Source: Lama glama
Taxonomy: Eukaryota
Direction of reading: 5' to 3'
Length of the DNA: 64,000 bases
NCBI GenBank assembly: GCA_028534125.1
Contig: CM052816.1
Location: 27,778,001 to 27,842,000 of the forward strand
The notes under the pieces were generated by a model that searched no databases, was not told where the DNA came from, and worked only from the letters and a program-made list of their open reading frames with translations. Made by a program: the position numbers and the translations under genes. The stretch's first letter is position 1. Every line of letters starts with the position of its first letter. Shown here one piece after another: positions 37,501 to 51,420 of the stretch.

Positions 37501-39078
37501 GTGACTAATCTATACTAAATTGAGTGGGAAAAATATCAACATACCCACTCAGATACTTGTGAAACTAGTTTCTCTATTTTCCGATTGGAATGAAATTCCA
37601 GTTATTAAAAAAAAAAAAGTCACTTAATTCAACTATCAGTAGTCACTGGCCATGCATCAACACTGTGACTATTGTTTTGCTGATAGAAATTTTATTTTTA
37701 TTTAAACTTTTATTGTCGTGGTAATGATCAAAGACGCCAATATCATTGTGTGTTTGACAAGAATTGGAGATTTAAAGATACATAGTAGACAGGACCATTT
37801 CAGTAGCTGAATCAATAATGTGATGACACAGTGACATTTTAGAAAATAAGATGCTAGTGAGGAAGACAGGAGACAGATGTTCAGCAGTAAAACATTACCA
37901 ATCACACACACATTTTCCAAATAAATGCGTGTAATCTGAATAAATGACTTGGATAAACAAACTATGTTTGGGGATGTTCTTTCAGAATTATCTATTATCC
38001 GACACAACTCACCATCTATTTGATCTCCTCTAGGGAGGGTTGGAGGAAGTGACTGAGTCATTGCTTAGGGTCATCCATTCTTGTGGAAGAGCTCTCTTGG
38101 GCCTGATTCACACAGATGGTTATTCAGTTACCTCCCTTATTAAATCATTTGTAATATCAAGTAGTGATTCTTCTCTGCTGTACAATATGCTCTTCAAAAA
38201 TAACAATATCAATATAGTCTTCAAGATTTGATGTTGGCTGAATTGACTTGTAAGAAAAAAGAAATTTAAACATTTCTGTCTGGTTTAAGAACATTAAATC
38301 TTCATAAACTGGGTTAACTGTTTAATAAGCTTATACTAAGAGTATTGGTATCCTCTTATCCTCCTCTTAATGAACGTGTATTTTTCATTTACTTTTTTAA
38401 AAAAAATTAAGCCCTTGGAAATGGCAAAATTACTTTATTTCAGCAATACTTAAATTTTATTCACGTACTCTGAATTGCATTCCATAGTGATGGATCTACT
38501 AAATAAGTGGAGAAAGTGGCTTGAATATCATCTGTTTCTTGAAGACAGCACATTTTTATCTCTGGCTTTGATCTTTCACTCTGAATTTTATACTCATATA
38601 TTTAAAGTTCTAAGCTGTATCTTTAGTTACTAATAGACATAGTAAGATTATATTTGAAACTGAACTCATAGTTTCCCCCTACAAGCCTGTTCCCCTCTTT
38701 CTTGGCTGTAGCTCTGTAAATGGCTCGTATATGCACCCTGTTGTTGAGTCTAAAATGTTGGCGATATCCTTACTTACTAGATCCCCCTCAAATACTATCC
38801 AATCAGCAAATTCTTTGGCTGCTCTTTACTACTGTGACTTGAATCTGGACAGATTTCACCACTTTACTTCTACCATAGTAACATCATATGTTGCTTGAAA
38901 TACAGCAGAAATCTTTTTTCCCACTTTTTCCTCAACATTTCATTTTCCATATAACTATTGAGATTATCTCTTAAAACCATTAAACAGGATATATCACCCC
39001 TCTGTTTAAAAACATCCAATGGCTCTAAACAGCAATCAGGGCCCTTACTGTCAAATAGTAGAACCAGTTCTTACTAAT

Positions 39079-39643
39079 TCTGGCAGCCATTTTTCAAGAT
39101 GGTTCTCAGTTATCCCATCAACCTAGCAATGCCTGGTAATCGTACTCTTCTGAAGTCTGCTCCCATACAGGATAAAGCTGACTTGTGTAACCAATGAGAC
39201 ATTGTTGGAATGGTGACATATGATTGCTGAGGCCAAATCATAGGAGAAATTGCAGTTTCCATCTTGCTTTTCTTGGATCACATTCTCTGGAAGATGCCAA
39301 CTGCCATATCATGAGGGTATTCAAGCAGCCCCATAGAGAGGTCTACATGGTAAAGAACTAAGGCCTCTTGCCCACACCCAGTAAGAAACTTAGGTCTCCT
39401 GATAGCAGCCATGCACATGGGACATTGTAGAAGCAGATCTTCCAGCCCTGTCAGGCCTTCAAATGAGTAAATCCCTGGCCACATCATGACTGCAACCTCA
39501 TGAGAAACTCCAAACCAGAATCTCTCAGTTAAGATGTTTCCAAATTCCTGAGCCACAAAACTATGTGAGATAGTAAATATTTATCATGCTTCCAAGCTAG
39601 TAAATTTGCAAGTGTTTGTTATGCAACAATAGATAACTAATAT
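39079..39643 (+). mobile_element. MLT1F-like MaLR solo LTR
   Basis: GACTTGTGTAACCAAT, TGACTGCAACCTCATGAGA and TTTGTTATGCAACAATAGATAACTAATA. Confidence 0.9.
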
Positions 39644-39649
39644 GTTAAT

Positions 39650-40010
39650 ATGTTTGGGAAATTACTTAACAGAAAGATACAGGTAGTTTGAAGAATTTCT
39701 AGGGGAATTTGGAGAACCAGGTTCAGGACAACATAGCCAGGGGCCACATCAGTCATACTCAAGAACTGATCCACTGATGATACTATGACGCCTTTGCTGC
39801 TGATGACTGACATAGTTAACTTAGGAGTCTGGGTACTGCCATCAACTGCTCCTCCCAAGGAACTCAGTCTCCCTACAACCATGGTCACTATTTTCTGTGA
39901 CTCTTTTAAGTGGAAACCAGAAAAGTTTGTTTCTAGAGTGCAAAGTGTAAACTTTTCACCAAAGTTCATAAGATGGATAAAGTATTTTCCCATATAAAGA
40001 TGGTCAAATA
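39650..40010 (-). mobile_element. Old MLT1 (J/K-like) LTR fragment
   Basis: GGAGAACCAGGTTCAG and AGAGTGCAAAG resemble MLT1K. Confidence 0.4.
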
Positions 40011-42914
40011 CTGGGCAGCTGGAATAAGCATGTTTGGTAATGTTCTATCTTCTTATTTCAGTAAGAATAAAATATAAACATTTTCCTATGATTTATAAGG
40101 CTTTATTCAGTTGGGACAGTTTCTTTCTCTAACTTCCTTTTCCACCATTCTCCTCCATATTCACTGTGCCCCATCAGTTGGAAATATTTCTATTTTTCTG
40201 ACATGTTAGCCTTGTGCTTACCTCTGTATTTCCACGCTTACTATTCCCTCTGCAAGAAGAATGTTTTTTTTCCTAAAAACTTCACTTCACCGTCTGGATT
40301 CTTCTCCTTCAGCCCTCAGATTTCTTATCCCCATCTCAGAGAGGTATTTCCTAATCATCAGAGCTAAGTTGTAGTGATCATTCTCTCTCCCACTATTGTA
40401 ATTTTTCCACTTTTAAAAATTATTAGCCTGCTTGTTAACTGTCTTATTATTGGTCACTTGTTCTTGAATGTCAGCTCTTAGGGAATAGAGATGTCTATTC
40501 TTGTCCACTTTTGTATTCCCAGTGCCTAGAATAGTGTCTGGAACTTAGTATGTTTTCAATAAATAATAGTTACATAAATGGCTGAATAAATTAGTGGATT
40601 AATTAATAAGAGTAATTATACCTCATCTTTCCATGATCTTTAAATATATATAGATAATGAGAAGATAAAACATTGTAACTTTGTAAGTCCTTTTTGGAAA
40701 AAAGTCTCTGGGAGAAAAAATGGGTACTTTAGAATAGACTTTCCTTGCCTTGCAGAAATATTTACTCTTAGGATAAAGATACTGTGTTTATTTCTCTGGA
40801 AACTGTTTACCTCTTCTCTTTTCTTAATCATATCTAAAGATTTTCCAACCATGTGATACGGGTAGGATTAACTCCACACAAACACCTAACCAAGTTACGG
40901 GGTCATATTCCCATGATCCCCACGTTCAGAGGTTCACAAGGGAACTGGGTGGTTCAAGGAAGTGTAAGATTTTATGTGGTGGTTGCAGAAAGAGAACATA
41001 TGTCTGCCCCTCTGTATTATGGATAAAGAAGCATGTAACTCTGGTAACTAATCTGAGAACGCAAGGATGTTTAAGTTTAGAGAAAATTCACATTGTGAAA
41101 AAGAGTGGAGAATCAGAATGAAATTGGGAACTTATTAACATTATTGGGTAACTACGTCTTTAATTTTTCAGATACCTAAGCTACTAAATACCTTTTTTAA
41201 AATATATGTTCAACTGAAGGCAATTTGCCTAATATAGTTTCAAATAGGGATTACGTTTTCTGCTTCTTCTAATGCTTTATGAGGATTAGTCTTTGAGCAC
41301 TGTATATATTTAAACAAATTGGAAGCAGATCTCCTGTTTATTAGCCTTTGATTCCCATCCTCCTCCTGTGTTAGACATGAATCTTCATAATTTAACAGGA
41401 TATATGGGAAACAATCTGAAAATGATAATTTTATGGTTAAAATAAGGTAACAGGCTGACATTTTCTATGTACATAGTGACAATTTAAATGAATAATGATT
41501 TTATGCTCGTAATAAAATGCAAGGACAGTTTTATTCCTTGATTGAGTTATGTCAGTGTTGCCAAGTTCGGTCTGTGTGCCCAAACAGCCTGGTGTCAGAG
41601 GGCAAAATTGTTGATAGCAGCCCAAGAATGATGATTTACAATATGCCAAACAACCAAATTCAACTTGAATTTCCAAGTCAATTTATGTATGTAAACATAG
41701 GAATTACTTCTTCAGACTTTCTCAACTATGATGCTCAAGAGGTAGATTTTTTTCTTACAGAATGTGAAAAGAAATCATTTTGCATATTCCTTCATTAACT
41801 ATTGTCACTATATGTATTAACTATATAGATATACACACATGTGCTTATTTATATAACCATTCTGTTTATCCACACAAAATATGCTTGCATACAGGACATA
41901 ATATTTCTCTATAAAAGTATATTTACTTGAAAGTATGCTATTTTCTAAATAGTTCCCTTATATAAATATACATAAATTGTTTTTATACAACTATTCTTCT
42001 TATATAAATATACATAAATCTGATTTGTAGAGAACTTATTTGAACAATGTGGCATTGACACAGTAATACAGGAATGTTACCATGGTAAACTACAAGGAAA
42101 ATTCTTCAATAGAACATTTGACTTTTTTTTTATTTTGATAATCTAGTTAGACTGAAATGCAACCTAGAAAATAGATATGTGGACTCAAGTTGTACCCAGT
42201 AAATCTATGGATACTTATGAACAAGACAGAAGGATTATAATAAGAATAAAGATGTTTTTGATAGAAAAATTTGTTAAATAAGTGTGAAGGTAGATAAATG
42301 ATGGGAGAATTTATTTTTAAAATGTTTTCTGTAATTCTGTTGTCACATTAAATTTTCAATTTATGAATAGCTATAATAAAATTTGCAAGGAAAAATTTAC
42401 AAATAATATGCATTTCTATTCTGAAAAATAGTTTTACAAAGAGATAGCATTCTCATTTATCAAAAGGTTATAAGGCACTATTTCTGGAAGAAAATAGTTT
42501 CATCCTTTAATACTTTTCCATCATGTCCCAGTGATATCCTAGCCAGGTAAGCTGCACAGATTTGGTACCTATGGACAGCAGAGTAGGCTCACGGTGAACG
42601 TACTGACTCCTCCAAGAAGTAGGACTATGCTGGCTTCTCAGCTGTTCTGTTGCCATTCCCCTAGTGATGCTTTGGGGTCCAAAAAAAGAGAATAAAACCA
42701 CTCAGTTGAAAATACTTCAAGTCCATCTTTCACATAAGTAATGAGATAATCTGCCCCTAGTGATAAAGTAATCCGTTGATACAGAAAACAATCTAAATGT
42801 TCTAGGTATTTTCAATCTAGTATAATTTTGTTTTTCTAATCTTAGAAACCTGAAGGCTGATTTTTTTTTTTAAGAAACACATACAGTCTTTCAATTTGAT
42901 TATTTATTTACTGA

Positions 42915-43130
42915 TTGATGTTTATTTTTTATTGAAGTGTAGTCAATTTACAATGCTAATTTCAGATGTACAGCAAAGTGATTCAGTTATACATATATAT
43001 ACATACATGTATTTTTCATTTTTTTTCCATTATGGCTCATTACAAGAAATTGAATATAGTTCCCTGTATATAGTTCCCTGAATATAGTTGCCTGCTGTAC
43101 TGTAGGTCCTTGTTGTTTATCTATTATGTA
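42915..43130 (-). mobile_element. Short LINE-1 3' end
   Basis: ATTGAAGTGTAGTCAATTTACAATG...GTACAGCAAAGTGATTCAG...GTAGGTCCTTGTTGTTTATC. Confidence 0.9.
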
Positions 43131-43389
43131 AAATGTATATCAATTTTCAAATTTGTTTTTGTCTTTTTATTAAAAAACACTATGTGCAATTTCAAAAAAT
43201 TAAAAATATTCAGTGAAAACAAAATGCCACCTCAGCTTTCTAATCTTGATTATCAGAGTTGATCAGAGTTACTGGTTTCTTATGTGTCCTTCTATAAATA
43301 TTCTATATCCTTCTTTATATGTCTTAGTTCAGATGTGTGAGCATATTTGTTAGGTAAATTTTGCAATAGAATTTCTAGGTCAAGGAGTG

Positions 43390-44652
43390 TTTAAGTCAAG
43401 GTAGGCTAGGTTACATTGCAGTAACCAACAGTCCCAAAGTTTAAGAGATATAAACCAAAAGTTTAATTTTGATTCATGCTTAATGTTTACCCATGGTCTG
43501 TTGAGGTCTCCACGCAAACTGCAGTAATTAAGCAGCCAGTGTCTGAATCTTGCTGGTCAAGAATAAGCTGTAGAGTCGGTCCTCTTTTATAGTCTGTATT
43601 TGCAAATTTACCTCCTTGTTAAAATTTGTTCATAACCCCCAAGACAATATTTACAGTGCTATTGTGGTCATTTGTCCACACGCACAGAATGGCAACAAAT
43701 TTAAGCTGCCCAATGTTGATGTTTCCAACTGAGGTCAAACAAGGTGACACAGTGCCCTCTTGTTTCTGCTCTCATACTGTGGCTTTTATTGTGGTCTACT
43801 TAGTGCCACTTTTTCATGTTTTGTTCTTTTTGTTACTAATTTTGCTTTTTAAAATGGCCCCAAGTGTAGTGCTGAAGTGTTGTCTAATGTTGCCAAGTGC
43901 AAGAATGCTGTGATGTGCCTTACAGTGAGAATTGTGTGTGTTAGATAGGCTTTATTCAGACATGAGTTATAACACTGTTGGCTTGAGTTCAGTGTTACTG
44001 AATCAACAATACAGTGCAACCAGAAAAAGGAAGAAATTTGCTTATCTGTACATGAGGCTAAAGTAACACCTATAATATTAAGATTCAAGCTATATAGTAA
44101 CATCTAAAGCAAAGGGAAAGATGAAAATATGGTTAAACTTGTGGATTCATGAAAGAAGAACCAGTTAAAGAATAGTGGAGAGTGTGGTTGCAAGGCTGAA
44201 AAATAGTATCTTTAAGGTCATGTAACACAGGATCGAAAAAATTTTAAACTACCATTTTACCATAAAGAAATACTGCATTTAATTATTTGAAAGAAATATA
44301 TATTCAATAATGTATCTTTAAGCAGATACATGTATAAAACAAATATTAACAGTTGTATTGATAAGTTTCTTTCCATGAACTGAACTGTGAACTTCTCCTA
44401 GGAGCAATGAATGACTTAGTATTTGCTGCTTCATTATTTATAAAGACTTTATAGAATAGAACTACCACAAGTAGTGAGTTAACTATAGCTTGCATTTGCT
44501 CTTAAAGCCCAGAAGTGACACACATAGTTTCTACCCATATTTCATTGTTCAAAACAAGTCATATGACTATTACTTGCTTCAAGGGGGTAAGGAAGAATAA
44601 TTTTCCTACAAGAAAGAGAAGTGGATATTGGTAAATGGTAATACGTCTACCA
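43390..44652 (-). mobile_element. MLT1L/N-like LTR split by a Tigger element
   Basis: GGCTAGGTTACATTGCAGTAAC, resuming at CCCAGAAGTGACACACAT...TCATTGTTCAAAACAAGTCATATG. Confidence 0.7.
43572..44487 (+). mobile_element. MER82/Tigger6-like TcMar element with transposase remnant
   Basis: TATTTGCAAATTTACCT, CCAACTGAGGTCAAACAAGGTGACAC, GCTGTGATGTGCCTTAC and GACTTTATAGAATAGAACTACCAC. Confidence 0.8.
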
Positions 44653-46811
44653 AATAGCATTGAAAATAGCCAAGTTCCCTCCAAGCCACTTGTGTTCCTA
44701 ACAGCCATTTGAAGTGCCTGTTTCCCTACACACTCACCTGCTGACACTAGTAAGGCATCAAAAGGGGATCTTTTAGTGCTCTCTTTCTCTTGTGTAACTT
44801 TCTGGATTACTGACAAAGGAGAAATACTACTGTTCCTTTGAGAGTTTCCTCTGATGAATTGTTTCCCTCATTGTCATTTTTTTTGGCTTGTCATAAGACT
44901 GCTTCTAACTCTATCATGCGTGGCAAGATATTGGTAAACGATTATTTCTCTGGGTAGCAAAATGATATTACTTATATTTGTACTAGTATTTTATCCAGAT
45001 GAATATCCTTTTAAAAATTATCAAGCAGGTTTAGAGTCTTAGATTTATTTTGGCATATAGCAGTGTACATGAGCCATTGGAAGGTTGCTGGAGGAATAGA
45101 TCCTGCCCTTGGCGTCTGTTTAATGTTTTAAGATCATATGAATACTCATTCAAAAAATTCTTAGAGGAGTAAGTTGTTTACATCTACCTTTATTTTCAAG
45201 GTGAGGACTCAAAATCCTTCTTGTCTGATTGTTCTTTCAATTACTGAATGAAATATATCAATCTCTCTTTATAGTTTTTATATTTACTTTCTATAGTTTT
45301 TTTTTCAGTTTTTCTTTGTTTTGAGACAGTGTTATTCTGTGGGAAGAATTTTAAATTATTGTATCATTATGCTGGGTTGAATCATTTTAATTCAAATAAG
45401 TTCCCTTAAAGTCCCTTTGTTTGAAATTAATAACTTTGGTTAATATTTGCATGACATATCTTATTTCATTCCTTCAGTTTCAGTTTTTCTCTACCTTTGT
45501 GCTGTTAATGTATCAAAAAGCAATTTTATACAGCTTGACAATCTTTGTCTTTTTACTGGAATTACCAATTGCATTTACATTTAATTCAATTACTGATATT
45601 TTTGAAATTAATTCTACCATCAAACTGTGCTCTTCCTTGACTCCCTCTCCCAAACTGTGTTGTTCAGACTGATAGGTACAGCCTCTCAGTTTCAAATTCC
45701 TTAGATGTACTTCAAATACCACTCTTATGCATCACCTAAATTATGGAAGATGCATAGAGAGCTCTTAAGACCCTTCCTTCATTTGGATTAATGTAGAAAG
45801 AAGCATTCTCTCCCCATCCCCATGGGGTAGTACTAGCTCACTGACAAGACTTTCCAGGGAAATCTCTGTAACTATTAAGTTTCACTTTTTCAAAAAAAAT
45901 TTTTTTAGGTGAGGTGGCTGACCTTGTAGAATCTGGGAAACATTTCTCATGCTCTAGCATTGGTGAACTAACATCTCATTGTTGGATGTAAAACCTCTAT
46001 AGTTCTCAGCCTTTTGGACTTTAGCCAAAAGCAAGATAGAAAGATTATCATTTTAAACTCCTATTGTATTACCTCCTTGAGAATGTTTTGGTGTCCCTAG
46101 ATTTTTTTTTTAATATTATTGCACTTTCAAACTTAAAGATTGGCATAGATTTTTGTTTTTCTTTAATTTCATTTGCCTTGATTAAATTAGTTATTTTTAA
46201 AATTGAGATTATATCAGTTCATAAAAAGTGTGTCAGAATAGATCAAGTGTGGTTCCATTGAAATTACAAACCCAGAGTTTAAGGTCATTTTAAACATTAT
46301 GTTAATAGAATGAACTTTAGATTTGTAGAAGTTCAGCTAAAATTCATAACTGCAGTTTGAAAGAGACCATTGGCAGTAAGACACACTGCTAAATCCTAAA
46401 ATTGAAAAGATTATTTTCCTTACAAAATAACTACTCCTTGACAAAGGACAAATAACTTGGTCTAATGAGAATTTCAAATTTGTGATTGCTGTCCCATCTC
46501 TTTTGTACCAGGATAAGAAGGTATTTTCATACAATATTCAAACCACTAGGCTGCAAACTTACATTTTAATTGGCTTGTGCACGTGTGTTCTTTCTGTCTC
46601 TCTTTCACATTCTGTCTTTCTCTGTTACTTACATAAATACATAATTAAAATACAAGGGAAAATGTGATGTTTAGAGAGCTCTCTTCTCTCCTTTAGGATG
46701 CTTTTGTCTGATTTGTAGAAGGCTGTAGGATAATAACTACATTAATATTTAAGTTTATAGGTAGAGATTAAAGCCAGTGATTAGTAAAGATATAAGGATG
46801 AGTCTGTCTTG

Positions 46812-46897
46812 ATTTTCTTTTTTATTTTTATTTATTTATTATAGAAGTATAGTTGGTTTACAATGTGTTATTTTCTGGTGCACAGCATAGTGATTTG

Positions 46898-46928
<31 letters not shown>

Positions 46929-47072
46929 TCTTTCTCATATTCTTTTTAATTATAGGTTATTACAAGTTATTGACTATAGTTCCCTGCACTAGGAAATAGG
47001 TTCTTGTCTTTTATCAATTCTGTATATAGCAGTTTGTAACTGTTAATCCCAAACTCCCAATTTATCCCTCCT
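46812..47072 (-). mobile_element. Short LINE-1 3' end with internal (TA)n
   Basis: GAAGTATAGTTGGTTTACAATG, TATAGTTCCCTG and AAACTCCCAATTTATCCCTCC. Confidence 0.9.
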
Positions 47073-48189
47073 GAGAAAATTCTCTTGATTTTCTAGTGGA
47101 GGTAAAGAATGTGCAAGTTTATTTGGCGATAATGGTAATGGATAACAAGAAGGAAATTGGAATTTGTTTCCTTTTTTGCATAAGTCTTAATGACATCCAC
47201 AAAATTCTTGTGCACTTGACTGGCATTCAGTAAGCATTGGTTGAATTGGAACTGGACAGCAGAAGAATGGTTCTGACATTATCATTGGTATATCCAAATG
47301 AGCATGGGAGCCTACCAATGTTGGCTGACTTCATTTCAACTTCTGCTCTCCATAGTAGATCAGCTTTGCCAACAGATTTCCTAATACGTGTGAGTGAAAG
47401 TTGTTTTGCTTTGCCTGCCAAACCTACATTGATCCTATGCATTTCCTCCATTACAGCAATCTTTGTCATTTTTAATGGCTTCTCATAGTTCTGGGGAATG
47501 TGGACACAACCTTTCTTAACCTGAAAACAATTAGCTAGGCAGGTGGGAGGCAAATTGTGAGATAGACATTGGAATTTATGGATTTTTCTCCCTCCAGTAT
47601 ACAACACTTTGGCTGGAGAGCGAGAAAAGCCACTTCTCAAATTCATACCAAGGCACTCAAAGCATGTCACAGGAAAAGAGAGAGGCAGCCTCTCTGACAC
47701 AAAACTTGAGGTGAATAACATTTCTTATTTTTATCTCTACTACATGGATGAATGGAGAAAGCCTTAAGGATTTCGAAGCATTTTTTTTAAAAGTCACATG
47801 GAAAGATATTTTCCCAAGTTTTCTAACTTTATTCTTATACAACATTGGGCTCTATATCTCCAGGAGTTGCCAGAGGAAATGATATAAACTTTTTTTTAAT
47901 GTATATTTCTAAGAAATATCTGAGTGTGACATTAGCATTCAGAAGGAACCATATAGTTTTTAATTTATAAAGGATCTGTAAGATTATCAGCTGTACTAAT
48001 TCCCTATTCAATTGATAAGGAAATTGCTATTCCAAATAGCTAGATGATTTGTTCAAGGTCATACGACTAATTTGCAGGGCATTCTGATTACTAGTGTTTT
48101 GCTTTTTTTAAAAAAAAATTATATCTACCACTTCTGTGGTTGGATTTTTTTCCTTCTGGCAAGATAGTGCTGATTCTTAGCAATGAGCA

Positions 48190-48500
48190 TGAGTGTCTTG
48201 AGACATAAAAAAACGATCTGCATCCAAACTAGTCCTGTATTTGAATTTAACTATATCAGAAAGTCATTATGAATTCTAATGAAGCAAGTTTGAGTATGGA
48301 GTGTAAGGTTGGAGTAACAGGCTGACAGAAGAGAGGTAAATAAAAGAGGAATTCAAAGAAAGACAGTTCTTTGTCACAATGTATTATGTTCTGGATGATG
48401 AGTCCATTCACAATGGGTCCTGGTAATGCAGTTGCAAGATCTAGGGTTGTGTGCACAGCTCTGGTCTCAACAGGGAATGAGGATACTAGAAGGGAAACCA
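48190..48500 (+). mobile_element. Possible highly decayed CR1/L3 fragment
   Basis: AGATCTAGGGTTGTGTGCACAGCTCTGG resembles L3 ACATCTGGAGTATTGTGTCCAGTTCTGG. Confidence 0.35.
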
Positions 48501-49019
48501 AGATAGAAATAAAGTTTCTTCAAAATCTTTCAACATATAATGAGGGCAGGTAGGGAATATTAAAGTGCAAAGACCACAGAAGCCCTCAGTGCTTAATCCT
48601 AGAGCAATGTATTCCGGCCCTGTTGACAATAGTATCATGTCATCTGCAGGGACCAAAAATCCTGATCTAAATGTAAACCAGCAAGAATCTGCCCAGGAGC
48701 TAGAAAAGGGCTGAGCGTGCAGGCAGTATCACTATCAAGTCAGTGGTGAGGGTCTGGGAAAGTCAGGAGCTCATGGGAGGAGGAGGAGACAGACAGAAGC
48801 AGGTTTATTCCCATGGCTTTTGCTGTGGTGGAAAGTGAAAGTCTTATAATAAATTAGCAGTGATTGTTTCTTCTTTTTGTTTGTTTTTGTTATTGTTTTC
48901 TGACTTTCCACCCTTCTCCAGATAGGAGCAGCTTCTTCTTACTCACAGGTGACAGGAGGGACTCCTGGATAATTCTACTCCAAATCTACTCTAGATTTAG
49001 CCTATGTGTATTATGGTTA

Positions 49020-49219
49020 GTTTGTGTGTGTGTGTGATAAATACATATAAAGTATGTATATAAAATATATGTATAAATATATAGAAATGAATATATATAC
49101 ATATGTATACTTTTATATCAAATCCATTTTATATATTATATATATTTAATATAATATACATATATATACATATGTATTTCTGTGTGTGTGAATGTGTGTG
49201 TGTGTATATATATATATAT
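49020..49219. repeat. (TG)n/(TA)n low-complexity microsatellite
   Basis: Direct inspection. Confidence 0.9.
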
Positions 49220-49644
49220 CTCAACTCCATTGAAACAAGGGTAGAAGAGTTTTTAAGCACTGGGGGGTAAGCTAGTGAAAAAGTACTGGAGGACTTCATC
49301 AGGGAGGCTGGTCAATGTGATTAAGCCATCTGTGTTTGCTAACTGGTACTTTTCGAATAAAGACTCCCATCTTCTCACAGAGACTTGAAGCCAGGGGCCC
49401 TATCTTTGTTGATGATTTCAATTCAAAGGAATGGCTCTCAAGTCCTTGAGAAAGACAGTCCTGGGCTGGAAAGCTGGCAAGCGTCTGGGAGATTTACATC
49501 TCAAAGGGCAGAGAATTCATAGTTGCAAGTTTATTAAAGTAAAATGCTCAAAAAAAAAAAAATTGAGGTCAGGAGCCTATATTCAGGAATAAATCTATTT
49601 AAAGTTTAGTCAAGCTGAGGGGAAAGTTAAGGCCATCTTTGTCA
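49220..49644 (-). mobile_element. ERV1-class LTR (MER67-like)
   Basis: GATTTACATCTCAAAGGG and TAAAGTTTAGTCAAGCTGAGGGGAAAGTTAAGGCCATCTTTGTCA terminus. Confidence 0.75.
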
Positions 49645-51420
49645 ACATATTTAACAAATATATGTAGTCAAGTGAGTTGGTTAATGCCAAACATGACTAG
49701 AATACAATAAATATTCTAATTTTTGTAATAAGCTGTAAACACTTAAATATATTTCTGCTTATCCTGCTTTTAAAATGTTATCCTTTTAAACAATCAGCTA
49801 TGGTTATAATTTTAAAAGAAAAAAGGTAGAAGAGTAGAAAGCTAATACTCAAGGGAAGCACATAGTAGTTGATTGATGGCAGCAAAAGATTTAACTTCTT
49901 AGTCAGAATGGAATCCTCCTTTCAAGCAAAGGTATTTACGAGCCTCATGTATCATTAACACTGAACAATGCACCACGAGTCATGCAAAAACAAAGGAATT
50001 ACAAACATTTTTGACAGAATTCTTGCAACCAGAACTAAAAATAATGCAGGCAGCAAAAGAATACTTCCTGCATAAACAATAAGTGGGTGGTTGCAATAAG
50101 AAAAAAAAAATTTAAAGTTAACTAAAATAACACTTAATTTACCAAGAAAAAAAAAAACTTGTGTTTTAAAATCTTGAAGAAGTCAAAGATACTGAAACAA
50201 ATGGGACCGTCTTGTTTTTAGTGTTTCAGTTTTGGTTGCCATATTCTAAGTTTTTTTGTACTTGCTGTAGTGTTATCAGTACTTGGTAAATATTTGTAGA
50301 AAGAAAGAAAAATGGTAAAAAGGGGGGAGGGATGGATGGAAAGATTGGGGAAATAAAATAACTTCCATAGTAACGTAGATGAAAGAAGACAAACATTGAG
50401 TAAGCATCAAATTTACACCCATATTGGTAGCCTGAAATTGACTACAAAATCTGGAGAGATTTCATACAAATTTATACAACAATATAGAAAAACATTAAGA
50501 CTTATCTCCTTGAGAGATAAGAAGACTCCATTTTTAGTTATCTCCTGCATATCTTCTAAGAGACTTGAAGGCTAATCTCACAGATGTGGGTTTACAGTTA
50601 CACAGTCGGAAAGCCTTGGATCTTGCACTGAAAATCAAAAGTTTGAGTGTCTTGTGTTTTCAAGAAGACACTCTAAGGACGAAGGGTAGGAAACCAACTG
50701 CCTCTCTCCTCTTTAATGAACAAAGAAAAAGTAGTCTTAGTTTACTGAGGATTTGAGTGCTAGATTCTTTTACCTTCATAGAAGGAGGAAAGGGAGGGAG
50801 ACACAAGGGAGAGAGAGAGAGAGGAGAGGGCAGGACAGGGGGAGAAGGGAGGCTGGATGAAGGAAAAATTCACAGATGAAAAAGCTGGAAAATGTCTCAC
50901 AGCAGACTGAGCACCTTTCGGTTACCTGCCCAGGAAGGTTCTCAGGAGTAGCAGGTTTCTATTTCTTGAATCTTGTGAAAAGATAAACACACATTACCCT
51001 ACAAACTCAGGAAAATGCTCAGTTGCCCTCTGGTTCAGACATGAGAGAAGAGACTAGAGTTTAAGAATAGTTTGCCTTTGATTTTTTTGATTTCCTGTTG
51101 AGACAGATTCTCTCTTCCCCAGGCTAGCAGTGGGGGCTGTAGCACCACAAAGTCTTAGTAACTGCTTTTCAGCAAAAGAAAACAGTTTTCCTCTGCATTG
51201 TTGTTTTTGTTCCTCGTCCACTGCTCATTCCCTCTTTCCCCTCATCATTTAGTCCTCAATTCTAATCTCACATGCAGAGTGGTAAAGAAATAAATGCGAG
51301 GAATCTGCCAAGGGCATATTCAGGGGGTGCTTCACATGCACACACTTTACTGTATCCCCCGCCCCCGCTGAAATGAGGAGTGTGGGCTGTGAGCTGCTTA
51401 CTGAGATGAGGTATAGAAGG

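Larger units (their letters stand above)
38560..40605 (+). mobile_element. L2 remnant split by two MaLR LTRs
   Basis: TGAAACTGAACTCATAG and AAAACATCCAATGGCTC; resumes near 40050 and ends CCCAGTGCCTAGAATAGTGTCTGG...TCAATAAATA. Confidence 0.75.

Noticed and set aside
47580..47605. About 22-nt similarity to 57769-57792 (GATTTTTCTC.CTCCAGTAT.ACAA)
   Set aside because: Pyrimidine-rich and does not extend; likely chance.
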